From an uncultured Chloroflexia bacterium (lineage in GTDB: Bacteria; Chloroflexota; Limnocylindria; Limnocylindrales; CSP1-4), in NCBI GenBank assembly GCA_963763775.1, contig CAVXPZ010000001.1, positions 1,280,001 through 1,344,000 on the forward strand: DNA of 64,000 nucleotides, in the 5' to 3' direction. Under the pieces are notes generated by a model, which had not been told where the DNA came from, did no database searches, and worked only from the letters and a program-made list of their open reading frames with translations. Each line of letters opens with the position of its first letter. The first letter of the stretch is position 1. Shown in pieces: positions 55,399 through 64,000 of the stretch. Made by a program: the position numbers and the translations under genes.

Positions 55399-57573
55399 GT
55401 GACCGCCCTCCGGAACATCGCGGAGTTCTACCGGCTCCAGGGGGAGATCCTGTGGAAGTGGCGTCCCGGGCGCCGGGCGTTGATCCGCCGCATGATCATC
55501 TCGTTCGTCGTCGCGTTCATCTCGCTGTCGCTGACGGTCTGGATCATCCCGGGCCTGCACGTCGACGACTGGGCGACGATGGCGCTCGCGGTCATCGCGT
55601 TCGCGCTGATCAATGCCCTCGTGCGGCCGATCATCCTGTTCGGCCTCGCGAGCATCTCGACGATCGCGGTGATCATCGCGACGTTCGTCTTCCAGATCCT
55701 CGTGTTCTACCTCGTCGAGTGGCTGCTTCCGGGCTTCCACATCGACCGGGTCACGGCGGCCCTGTTCGGGTCGATCTTCTTCGCGGTCTTCAACACGATC
55801 CTGTCGGCGATCCTCTCGGTCAACCAGGACGAGTCGTACTACGGGGCACTGGTCGCGCAGCTGGCGAGCAAGCGCACCGACCGCATCGTCACCGACCAGC
55901 CCGGCGTGGTGATCATCCAGATCGACGGCCTGGCCCACCCCATCCTGTCGCACCAGATCCGCGCCGGCCGCGTCCCGTTCATCGCGAAGTGGGTCCGCAG
56001 CCACCAGATGCGGCTCGACAAGTGGACCGCGCTGCTGCCCTCGCAGACGTCGGCCAGCCAGGCCGGGATCCTGCACGGCAACAACAGCTTCATCCCCGCG
56101 TTCCGCTGGTGGGAGAAGGACCGCCAGGTCATGATGGTGTCGAACCATCCCGCCGACGCCGCGGAGATCGTCCGACGCGCCTCCGATGGCGAGGGCCTGC
56201 TCTCGAACGACGGCGCCAGCGTCGGCAATCTCGTGTCCGGCGACGCGGTCCGCTCGTACATCACGATGGCGACGATCAAGGACCCGGACCAGGGCCTCGG
56301 CCACAGCCGCGCCTGGTACTCGTTCTTCGTGAGCCCGGACAACTACCTGCGGACGGGCGTCCTGACCGTCGCCGAGATCATCAAGGAGTACTACCAGGCG
56401 CGGCGGTCGCATCGCCGCGGCGTCGAGCCCTCGATGCATCGCGGCATGCCGTACCCGGTGGCCCGTGCGGCCACCAACGTCGCCCTGCGCTCGCTGGGGA
56501 CGGCCCTGGTCATGGAGGAGATGTACCGCGGGACGCCGGTGGTCTACATCGACTACACCGACTACGACGAGATCGCCCACCATTCCGGCCCCGAGCGCGG
56601 TGAGACCCTCGACGCGCTCGACGGCGTCGACCTGACGATCGAGGCGCTCGTGAAGGCGGCCGACGACGCCCCGCGGCCCTACAAGTTCATCCTGCTCTCC
56701 GACCACGGGCAGAGCCTCGGATCCACGTTCCTCCAGCGCTACGGCAAGAGCCTCAAGGACGTCATCTCGGAGCTCATGGGCGGCGTGTCGGTCGCGGATG
56801 GCACCGGCAGCGTCGAGCAGTGGGGCACGCTGAACGCCGCGCTGTCCGAGGCCGCCCAGGCCGACGGCGCCACGGCCGCGATCACCAAGGCCGCGTTCAA
56901 GGGCCAGACCGAGGACGGGACGATCGATGTCGTGCCGGCCGAGGAGCGCGCCGACGAGACACCGGAGGCCGGGCCGCCGGAGCTCGTCGTCTGCGCCTCG
57001 GGCAACCTGGCGCTCATCTACTTCCCGCGTCTCGAGGGACGGGCCACCGTCGAGCAGATCGAGGAGTCGTGGCCCGGCCTCGTGGAGACGCTCTCCCAGC
57101 ACGAGGGCGTCGGCTTCCTGATGGTTCGCACGGCGACGCGCGGGACCGTCCTGCTCGGCCGCGACGGCATCCGGTATCTCCGGGACGGCACCGTCGAGGG
57201 CGTCGACCCGGTCGCGCCGTACGGCGAGCACGCGATCACCGGTCTGCGCCGCGTCGACGGGATGGAGTATGCGGGCGACCTCGTCGCGATCAGCATGCTC
57301 GACGTGGAGACCGACGAGGTGGCCGCGTTCGAGGAGCTGATCGGGTCCCACGGCGGCCTCGGGGGGCCGCAGACCCATCCGTTCATCCTGCATCCGGCTG
57401 ACTGGACGATCGACGAGCCGATCGTCGGCGCGGAGGCGGTCTACCGCCAGATCCGCCGCTGGCTGGAGGGCATCGGCATCCCGCTCGGGAAGCAGCCCGG
57501 CGCCGCGCCGGCGACCGGCGAGTCGGCGACCGTCGCCATCGACCCGATCGCGGCCGCGACGCACGGCGACTGA
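55399..57573 (+). CDS. Holin-family (4-TM) membrane domain fused to an alkaline-phosphatase-superfamily phosphodiesterase
   Basis: TM region with INALVRP; IQIDGL, PSQT, DYDEIAHH, LSDHG and SHGG metal-site motifs. Confidence 0.8.
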   Translation: MTALRNIAEFYRLQGEILWKWRPGRRALIRRMIISFVVAFISLSLTVWIIPGLHVDDWATMALAVIAFALINALVRPIILFGLASISTIAVIIATFVFQILVFYLVEWLLPGFHIDRVTAALFGSIFFAVFNTILSAILSVNQDESYYGALVAQLASKRTDRIVTDQPGVVIIQIDGLAHPILSHQIRAGRVPFIAKWVRSHQMRLDKWTALLPSQTSASQAGILHGNNSFIPAFRWWEKDRQVMMVSNHPADAAEIVRRASDGEGLLSNDGASVGNLVSGDAVRSYITMATIKDPDQGLGHSRAWYSFFVSPDNYLRTGVLTVAEIIKEYYQARRSHRRGVEPSMHRGMPYPVARAATNVALRSLGTALVMEEMYRGTPVVYIDYTDYDEIAHHSGPERGETLDALDGVDLTIEALVKAADDAPRPYKFILLSDHGQSLGSTFLQRYGKSLKDVISELMGGVSVADGTGSVEQWGTLNAALSEAAQADGATAAITKAAFKGQTEDGTIDVVPAEERADETPEAGPPELVVCASGNLALIYFPRLEGRATVEQIEESWPGLVETLSQHEGVGFLMVRTATRGTVLLGRDGIRYLRDGTVEGVDPVAPYGEHAITGLRRVDGMEYAGDLVAISMLDVETDEVAAFEELIGSHGGLGGPQTHPFILHPADWTIDEPIVGAEAVYRQIRRWLEGIGIPLGKQPGAAPATGESATVAIDPIAAATHGD

Positions 57574-57603
57574 CCCGACCCGCCCGACCCCGACCCGGAA
57601 TCA

Positions 57604-57645
57604 GAACGGCGACCCGGGCACCAGCCCGAGCCGCCGTTTCGTTCG
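57604..57645 (+). terminator. Probable terminator between convergent genes
   Basis: Imperfect hairpin AACGGCG..CGGGC-acca-GCCCG..CGCCGTT followed by TCGTT. Confidence 0.5.
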
Positions 57646-57675
57646 TGTCCGGCCACCGCGCGGTGGCGACGCGCC

Positions 57676-58146
57676 CTACTTGGCGAGGGCCTTGGCCTTC
57701 AGGTCCTGATACTGCTGCTCGTTGATCGTGCCCGCGGCCTTGAGCTGGTCCAGCTTGGCCAGTTCGTCGGCGACGGAGACGCCCGCGGCCGCCTTGTTGG
57801 CCGCATCGGCCTGGGCCATCATCTGGACGTCCTGGGGCGTGACCTTCGGGCGCATGACGATGTAGATCAGGCAGCCGAGGAAGGGCAGGATCACCAGGAA
57901 GAGGATCCACAGGGCCTTCGTGCCGCCCGAGATGTCGTTGCGCCGGAAGATGTCGGCGAACAGCGAGATGAAGATGAACAGGAACATGAACAGGAAGAAG
58001 AACCAGATCATCGACCAGAACGCGTCCCAGAAGGTGAACGAGTTCGTGCCGACCTGGTTGCACCCGGCGACCAGCAGCGCGGTCAAGCCGAGCAGCAGGA
58101 GCGCCGGTCGCGCCATGGTCTGGCGCAGCGTCGTGATGGCCGTCAT
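57676..58146 (-). CDS. PLDc_N + SHOCT membrane protein with lipobox
   Basis: LVAGC, DIFRR.D.SG..KALW....LPFLG.LIY, and ELAKL..LK.AG.I....Y...K; GGAGG RBS. Confidence 0.82.
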   Translation of the reverse strand: MTAITTLRQTMARPALLLLGLTALLVAGCNQVGTNSFTFWDAFWSMIWFFFLFMFLFIFISLFADIFRRNDISGGTKALWILFLVILPFLGCLIYIVMRPKVTPQDVQMMAQADAANKAAAGVSVADELAKLDQLKAAGTINEQQYQDLKAKALAK

Positions 58147-58359
58147 GCCAACCTCCATCTAGCGGGTCACCCGCGGTGTGACGTCCGATCCGGAGGATCT
58201 CCCCGGCCCGAGCCCCACCGTCAAACATTGCCGGTGATCCTGGACCCGCGAGCGCGGGCCCCCCGAGCGTAGTCCATCGGCCGCTCGCGGATCGGCCGTT
58301 CGCACCGCGGGCCGTTCCGCCATCATGCGCTCCGGACGGCGGCGCAGGAGGGATCATCA

Positions 58360-60243
58360 GTGGCCACGGACGGGGGCGCGAGCGGTGGCGGTGTCGGGGC
58401 TCCACCGGGCCGGGACCTGCGCGCCGGCCTCCGCCACGCGGGTGACCGGGTCGCCGCCCGTCTGACCGGCGGCGGCCAGCCTCTGGCATGGACGCTCCGT
58501 GGCTATCGACGGGGCCAGTTCCGTGGCGACGCGATCGGCGGGCTCACGGTCGCGGCCCTGATCGTCCCGCTCAGCATCGGCTACGCGCAGGTGGCGGGGC
58601 TGCCGCCCGAGGTGGGCCTCTACGCGTCGATGGTGCCGCTGCTCGCGTACGCGGTCTTCGGCTCCGCGCGCCGGCTGATCGTCGGCCCGGATGCGGCCAC
58701 GGCCGCGCTCGTCGCGGCGGCCATCCTGCCGCTCGCGGTCGGCTCGGACGACCGCGTCCGGCTCGCGTCGGCCCTGGCCCTCATCGTCGCGGCGATCTTC
58801 ATCGCGATGCGACTCGCCACGCTCGGGTTCCTCGCGGACTTCCTGTCGCGCCCGATCCTCGTCGGGTACATGACCGGCGTCGGGATCACGGTCGCGGTGA
58901 ACCAGATCCCCAAGATCCTCGGGGCCAAGCCGTTCGCCGACGTCCTGGCGGTGCTGGGCGGCGTGGACCTCGCCCACGCCGATCTCCGGGTCGTCCTCGA
59001 GGCGGTCGGGATCGCCCTCGGGCACGCGGGCGTCAACGGCCCGTCCGTGGTCGTCGGCGGCCTCGTCCTGATCGCGGTGCTGGCCGGTGACCGGCTCCTG
59101 CCGGGGATCCCGGTCGCCCTGCTTGCGCTCATCGCGGCGCTGGTCGCGACGGTCGCGCTCGACCTGCCGGCCCGGGGGGTCCAGGTGCTCGGTCCCGTGC
59201 CGTCGGGACTGCCACCGATCGCCCTCCCACTGGTCTCGGTGGACGAAGCCCTGGCGCTGCTGCCCGGGGCGATCGGGATCGCGATCCTGAGCTTCGCGGA
59301 CACGGCCCTGACCGGTCGACGCTTCGCCGAGCAGGGCGGCGAAGTGACCGACCCCGACCGCGAGCTCCTGGCCCTGGGCGCCGCGGACCTGGGCGCCAGC
59401 CTGACCGGCGGGTACCCGATCAGCTCGAGCGCGTCGCGGACGGCGGCGCTGGGATCGACGGGGTCGACCACGCAGCTGGCCGGCGTCATCGCCGCGGTCG
59501 CCGTCGCGCTCGTCCTCGTCTTCCTCGCCGGATATCTCACGAACCTGCCGATCCCGGCCATCGGCGCCGTGGTCCTGACATCCGCCTTGCGGTTCATCGA
59601 CATCCGCGGCATCGTCCGGATCTGGCGGACGGTCCGTGTCGAGGGCGCGATCGCGATCGCCGCCATGCTCGGCGTGATCCTGTACGGGACGCTCGTCGGC
59701 GTCGGGATCGCGGCGTTGCTCGCGGCGGTCAACGTGTTCCGACGCGCCGCTCGGCCGCGGATCGACGAGCTGGGCCGGCTGCCCGAGTCCGGCCTGTACG
59801 CCGACCTGGTCCGCGACCCGACGGCACAGCGGATCCCGGGCGTCCTCATCGTCCGCTATGCCGGTCCACTCTTCTTCGCGACCGCCTCCGCGTTCCGGAC
59901 CCAGGTCCGCACGCTCGTCGACGCCCGTCCCGACGTCCGCCGCGTCGTGATCGACGCGTCGGGCATCGTCGACCTGGACCTGACCGCCGCGGACGCGGTC
60001 CGGGCCCTCGAACGCGACCTCGAGACGCGCGACGTCACGCTGGCGGTCGCCCGACCCACGGGCAAGATCCGCGACCTCCTTCGTCGGTTCGGACTGACGG
60101 AGCTGGCCGGTCCGAAAGGCTCGTTCCCACGCACCCTCGACGAGGTCATCGCGGATGTGGACGTGGCGCGTCCGATCGAGCCCGAGGCCGGCCCGGCCGG
60201 TGCAACCCTCCGAGCGACGACTCCGACACCTCCGATGACATGA
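58360..60243 (+). CDS. SulP-family anion transporter with STAS domain
   Basis: GD.IGGLTVA...VP.SIGYA.VAGLPP.VGLY, FLSRPILVGY, S.SRT and GPLFFA. Confidence 0.9.
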   Translation: MATDGGASGGGVGAPPGRDLRAGLRHAGDRVAARLTGGGQPLAWTLRGYRRGQFRGDAIGGLTVAALIVPLSIGYAQVAGLPPEVGLYASMVPLLAYAVFGSARRLIVGPDAATAALVAAAILPLAVGSDDRVRLASALALIVAAIFIAMRLATLGFLADFLSRPILVGYMTGVGITVAVNQIPKILGAKPFADVLAVLGGVDLAHADLRVVLEAVGIALGHAGVNGPSVVVGGLVLIAVLAGDRLLPGIPVALLALIAALVATVALDLPARGVQVLGPVPSGLPPIALPLVSVDEALALLPGAIGIAILSFADTALTGRRFAEQGGEVTDPDRELLALGAADLGASLTGGYPISSSASRTAALGSTGSTTQLAGVIAAVAVALVLVFLAGYLTNLPIPAIGAVVLTSALRFIDIRGIVRIWRTVRVEGAIAIAAMLGVILYGTLVGVGIAALLAAVNVFRRAARPRIDELGRLPESGLYADLVRDPTAQRIPGVLIVRYAGPLFFATASAFRTQVRTLVDARPDVRRVVIDASGIVDLDLTAADAVRALERDLETRDVTLAVARPTGKIRDLLRRFGLTELAGPKGSFPRTLDEVIADVDVARPIEPEAGPAGATLRATTPTPPMT

Positions 60244-60808
60244 CCCGCCGTGCCGAGCCGGTCCAGCGGCGGCACTGGTCGTCGGCGATCGTCATCCTCG
60301 TCGCGGTCGCCGTCGTGGCCAGCCTGGTGGCCGCGCTGACCGCCGGTCGCGGCTCCGACGTGCCGACCGCCGGAAGCGTCGCCGTGCCGAACATCGTCGG
60401 CATGACCGTCGATCGCGCGTCCGCGACCCTCGACAAGCAGGGCCTCGAGCTCGGCGAGTACGTCACGATCCAGACGACCGCGCTCCCGGAGGGCACGGTC
60501 ACGGCGCAGTCGCCGACGCCGGGCACCCTCGTCGCGACGGATTCCGTCGTCACGCCGACCGTCTCCACCCGTCGCGACCTCGTGGTCGTCCCCGATGTCG
60601 TCGGCAAGACCGCGGCCGAGGCGGTCGTCGCGATCACGGCCGTCGGGCTGCGGGTCGAAGCGACGACGGAGGTGATCGATCCGCGGTACCGATCGGGTCC
60701 GTGGTCGCGACCAGTCCGGCGGCCGGGCGGCAGGTCGCCGCGGGGTCGGGCGTCGAGCTGCGGATCTCGGCGGCCGCATCGACGACTCCGGCGAGCCCGT
60801 CGCCCTAG
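60240..60808 (+). CDS. Membrane-anchored tandem PASTA-domain protein; apparent 1-nt deletion near 60683
   Basis: TM, then VPNIVGM and VPDVVGK repeats. The second PASTA domain (VPIGSVVATSPAAG) continues in another frame to TAG at 60808. Confidence 0.75.
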
Positions 60809-60938
60809 GGGAGACGTCCGCGCGGGGAGCGGGCACGCGGGCGCAGCGGGCGGACGGTGCTATCCTCGACGGCCGAACAGGACGCCCGGCCGCATCGCCG
60901 GGTCCCCGCCCCGGAGACCTCAGGGGGTCCCTCCACAC

Positions 60939-63242
60939 GTGACGTTGGCAACGCCCGGAGCGAGACGCGCCCGTGGCGGCACGACCGGATCCGTTCCGGA
61001 CCGACTCGCCGTCCTCGAGACCAAACTGGTGGCGCCGTACCCGCGGCGCGGCATCGTGGTGCGACACGGCCTGCTTGGCCGGCTCGACACGATCGACGAG
61101 CCGATGGTGGCCCTCCTCGCCCCGGCGGGTTACGGGAAGTCGACCCTGCTCGCGCAGTGGGCGGAGCGGACGCGACGTCCGGTCGCCTGGCTCTCGGCCG
61201 ATGAACGCGACAACGACCCGGCCACCCTCGTGCGCGGCGTGGCGGCCGCCCTCGATCGCGCGATCGGTCTTGACGCCGCCGTCATCGACGGGGTCGCCAC
61301 CCCGGGTCCGTCCGTCTGGTCGGTCGCGATCCCGCGGCTGGGGGCGGCGATGGCGACCGCCGCGCCATTCACGCTGTGCGTGGACGACGTGGACCGGATC
61401 GGCGACCAGGAAGCCCTGGACGTGCTGATCACCCTCGCCGGACACCTCGGGCCCGGGTCAAGGCTCGGCGTCGCCGGACGCGGGACGGGCGACTTCCCGA
61501 TCGCCCGCCTCGTGTCGCGCGGCCAGATCGCCTCGGTCGGGCGAGAGGCGATGGCGCTCGATCTCGGCGAGACGCACGCGGTCATCGGCGCCGCTGGCGT
61601 GACCATGACGACCGACGAGGTCGCGGTCCTGTACGACCGGACGGAGGGCTGGCCGGCCGGCGTGTACCTCTCGGCCCTGGCGGCCCGCGGCCGACAGGAC
61701 GCGAGCGACCCACTGGCGATGCCGATGGGGTCGAGCGACCGCCTGATCGAGGACTACCTGCGCATGGAGGTGCTCGCGGCGACCGCCGCGGACGACGTGG
61801 ACCTGCTCCTCCGCGCCTCGGTCTTCGATCGGATCAGCGGACCGCTGTGCGATGAGGTCCTCGGACGATCCGGCTCCGGGGTCGCTCTCGATCGGCTCGA
61901 ACGCGCCAACCTTTTCCTCATCCCGCTCGACCAGGGCCGGACATGGTTCCGGTTCCACCACCTGCTCGCCGACCTCCTCCGATCCGAGTTGGCTCGGCGC
62001 GAACCGGGCGCGGCGACGGAGCTCCGTCGGCGGGCGGCGGTCTGGCACGAGCAGCAGGACCTCCTCGAGCCGGCCCTCGAGTACGCGATGGCGGCCGAGG
62101 ATGTCTCGATGGCGACGCGACTCGTGATGCGGTTGGGCCAGGCGACGCTCAACGCGGGGCGCTCCACGACCCTCTCGCGCTGGTTCGCGTGGCTGGAAGC
62201 TCACGGTGCAGGCCAGGCGAACCCGCGGGTCGCGGCACTCGCGGCGGTGATGTTCGCGCTCGGTGGGGATGACGCCAGCTCGGAGCGGTGGCGCGACATG
62301 GCCACCGCCTCTGGCCCGGACGCGGCGGATGTCGCGGCCGTCGCGGTGCCGATCGTCGTCTACATGCACGCGTTCCTCGACCGCGACGGCATCGTCCGGA
62401 TGCAGGAGGACGCGGATTTCGCCGCGGCCACGATGCCGGTCGACGATCCGTACCATCTCGCGGCGATCGCCCTCCAGGCGGTGGCGAGGGGCCTGGCTGG
62501 CGACCATGTCCGGGCCGACGCCGGCTTCTCGGACGTCGTGGCCCAGTGGGAGCGCGGCAGCATGGCCCACTACGCGGCGGTCGTGAGCCTCGTGTTCCTC
62601 GCCGAGCATGCCATCGATCGCGGGGACTGGGCCACGGCGGCCGGGCACGCCCGGCGGGCGCGATCCGTCACCGTCGCGCAAGGCCTCGACGAGCAGGCGA
62701 TCGCGGCCGCCGTCGATGCGATCGGCGCGCGGATCGCCGTCCACCGTGGCGCCACGGAGCAGGCACGAGCCGACGCCATCCACGCCAGGCGACTCCGGGC
62801 CCAGCTCACGACGGCCATCCCGTGGCTGGCCCTGCGAGTCCGGCTCGACCTCATCCATGTCGACCTCGGACTCGGCGACGCGGGTGGCGCGCGCACGCTG
62901 CTGACGGAGGTCCGCGAGATCCTCGCCCGTCGCCCGGACATGGGGACGCTGGTCGACGAGACCGCCGAGCTGGAGCAACGTGTCGCCGCGATGCGCGGCG
63001 GCGTCGCCGGCGCGTCCACCCTGACCCTCGCCGAGCTTCGGCTCCTCCCGCTGCTGACGACGCACCTCTCGTTCCGCGAGATCGGCGAGCGCCTGTTCGT
63101 CTCGCAGAACACCGTGAAGACGCAGGCGATCTCGATCTACCGGAAGCTCGACGCGACCTCACGCAGCGAGGCGGTCGCGCGCGCGACCGAGATGGGCTTC
63201 ATCGGCGGTCACGCCGGCGAGCGGGAGTCATCCGGCGACTGA
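60939..63242 (+). CDS. MalT-like LuxR regulator (STAND-type ATPase, TPR region, HTH)
   Basis: ETKL..P, APAGYGKSTLL, TEGWPAG, WFRFHHL and IGERLFVSQNTVKTQ..SIYRKL; extended -10 TGcTATCCT at 60858-60866. Confidence 0.9.
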   Translation: MTLATPGARRARGGTTGSVPDRLAVLETKLVAPYPRRGIVVRHGLLGRLDTIDEPMVALLAPAGYGKSTLLAQWAERTRRPVAWLSADERDNDPATLVRGVAAALDRAIGLDAAVIDGVATPGPSVWSVAIPRLGAAMATAAPFTLCVDDVDRIGDQEALDVLITLAGHLGPGSRLGVAGRGTGDFPIARLVSRGQIASVGREAMALDLGETHAVIGAAGVTMTTDEVAVLYDRTEGWPAGVYLSALAARGRQDASDPLAMPMGSSDRLIEDYLRMEVLAATAADDVDLLLRASVFDRISGPLCDEVLGRSGSGVALDRLERANLFLIPLDQGRTWFRFHHLLADLLRSELARREPGAATELRRRAAVWHEQQDLLEPALEYAMAAEDVSMATRLVMRLGQATLNAGRSTTLSRWFAWLEAHGAGQANPRVAALAAVMFALGGDDASSERWRDMATASGPDAADVAAVAVPIVVYMHAFLDRDGIVRMQEDADFAAATMPVDDPYHLAAIALQAVARGLAGDHVRADAGFSDVVAQWERGSMAHYAAVVSLVFLAEHAIDRGDWATAAGHARRARSVTVAQGLDEQAIAAAVDAIGARIAVHRGATEQARADAIHARRLRAQLTTAIPWLALRVRLDLIHVDLGLGDAGGARTLLTEVREILARRPDMGTLVDETAELEQRVAAMRGGVAGASTLTLAELRLLPLLTTHLSFREIGERLFVSQNTVKTQAISIYRKLDATSRSEAVARATEMGFIGGHAGERESSGD

Positions 63243-63256
63243 CGCGTCGCCCAGGG

Positions 63257-63282
63257 GGTTTCACCCGCACCGGATGATGCCG
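63257..63282. promoter_or_regulatory. Palindromic box, copy 2
   Basis: GGTTTCACCCgcaccGGATGATGCCG, upstream of the CMD gene. Confidence 0.65.
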
Positions 63283-63353
63283 GGTCGTGGGCCGCATGGT
63301 CCGATAGAGGACGACGCCGCGTACGGTTCCCGTACCGCTCGAGGGAGTGCCCG

Positions 63354-63734
63354 ATGCCTGCGGACCCGACGTACCAGGAGCGCCTCCGCCGACTCTCGAT
63401 CAGCGACCGCCGGTACCTCGAGGAGGTGCTGGGCATGAGTACGAGCCATGCCGACGACGGGACACCAGACGAGCTCGACCCGCAGACCAGGGCGCTCCTC
63501 CGCCTGGCCGCGCTGGTCGCCCTCGATGGCCCGGCGTCCGCCTTCGAATACGCGATCGCCGCCGCGATGGCGGCCGGAGCGTCGGCCGACGAGATCGTCG
63601 ACGCCGTGGTCGCGGTGGGGTCGACGGTCGGGTCGGCTCACCTGGTCTCCGCGGCGCCGAAGGTGGCGCTCGCGCTCGGCTATGACGTCTCGGCGGACCT
63701 CGAGCGCCTCGGCCCGAGCCCCAGCGCGTCGTAA
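63354..63734 (+). CDS. Carboxymuconolactone decarboxylase (CMD/AhpD-like) family protein
   Basis: LDPQTRALLRLAAL...A.AAGAS.DEI; no CxxC motif; GAGGGAG RBS. Confidence 0.8.
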   Translation: MPADPTYQERLRRLSISDRRYLEEVLGMSTSHADDGTPDELDPQTRALLRLAALVALDGPASAFEYAIAAAMAAGASADEIVDAVVAVGSTVGSAHLVSAAPKVALALGYDVSADLERLGPSPSAS

Positions 63735-64000
63735 CCGGCGCGACCAGACCCAAGGGCCACCGCGACGACCGGGACGATGACCAGCGAGCACAGCCCGAAC
63801 ACGACGATGGCGCTGGTCGCCGGCGTGCCGCTGCCGTAGGCCGTCGTCACCACGGCGAGCGCCGTGATGTTGGCCCGTACGGACGACACGAGGGCCCCCG
63901 TCCGCCGTGACGCGGCGTCCGGGCCGCCGAGCCACCAGCCGAGGGCCATCGACACGACGATCGAGGCGACCGCCACTGCGGGGACGCCCGACCCGGCAGC
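63680..64000 (-). CDS. C-terminus of a probable bile acid:sodium symporter-family transporter (partial)
   Basis: LGWWLGGP....RRT.AL....RAN...LAV pattern; truncated by the window end. Confidence 0.6.
   Translation of the reverse strand, partial: AAGSGVPAVAVASIVVSMALGWWLGGPDAASRRTGALVSSVRANITALAVVTTAYGSGTPATSAIVVFGLCSLVIVPVVAVALGSGRAGYDALGLGPRRSRSAETS

Noticed and set aside
55399-57573. Holin-like domain as evidence of a prophage
   Set aside because: There are no endolysin, structural, integrase or replication genes, and the domain is fused to a phosphodiesterase.
58166-58182. GTCAC-N7-GTGAC dyad as a third copy of the MalT-like box
   Set aside because: Half-site spacing is 2 bp shorter than in the two good copies and the flanks do not match, so it was not counted.
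60240-63242. 1000-aa 'PASTA-MalT' fusion ORF
   Set aside because: A 1-nt deletion near 60683 explains it. The second PASTA domain ends at TAG 60808 in another frame, and the regulator has its own extended -10 and a GTG start at 60939.

Overview
A very GC-rich (~70%+) bacterial chromosomal segment with about 60 genes. Gene content and style suggest Chloroflexota (Limnocylindria-like) or an actinobacterium; this is inference only. I found no rRNA, tRNA, CRISPR array, transposase or prophage. Main blocks: (1) reductive pyrimidine catabolism (nitrilase, F420-type LLM oxidoreductase, hydA, mmsA), interrupted by a degenerate UbiA/CrtEb-glycosyltransferase fusion and an RsbW/RsbV/RsbU-like module; (2) mdh, pckA and an S8 protease; (3) a SAM-I riboswitch heading a threonine-synthase-like enzyme plus a MoaD/ThiS sulfur carrier, near cystathionine beta-synthase and a gamma-lyase/synthase; (4) lgt/plsC, an ECF sigma/anti-sigma pair, Lrp and a VIT1 fusion; (5) sufB-sufD-Rieske ferredoxin with a palindromic operator; (6) two secreted beta-propeller proteins; (7) an envelope/lipid cluster (PLD, holin-like-phosphodiesterase fusion, PLDc_N-SHOCT, SulP, PASTA) around a MalT-like LuxR regulator, bracketed by two near-identical 26-bp palindromic boxes. 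About a dozen single-base frameshifts in conserved genes look like long-read assembly errors. Many genes appear leaderless. All calls come from motif recognition by eye, without database searches.
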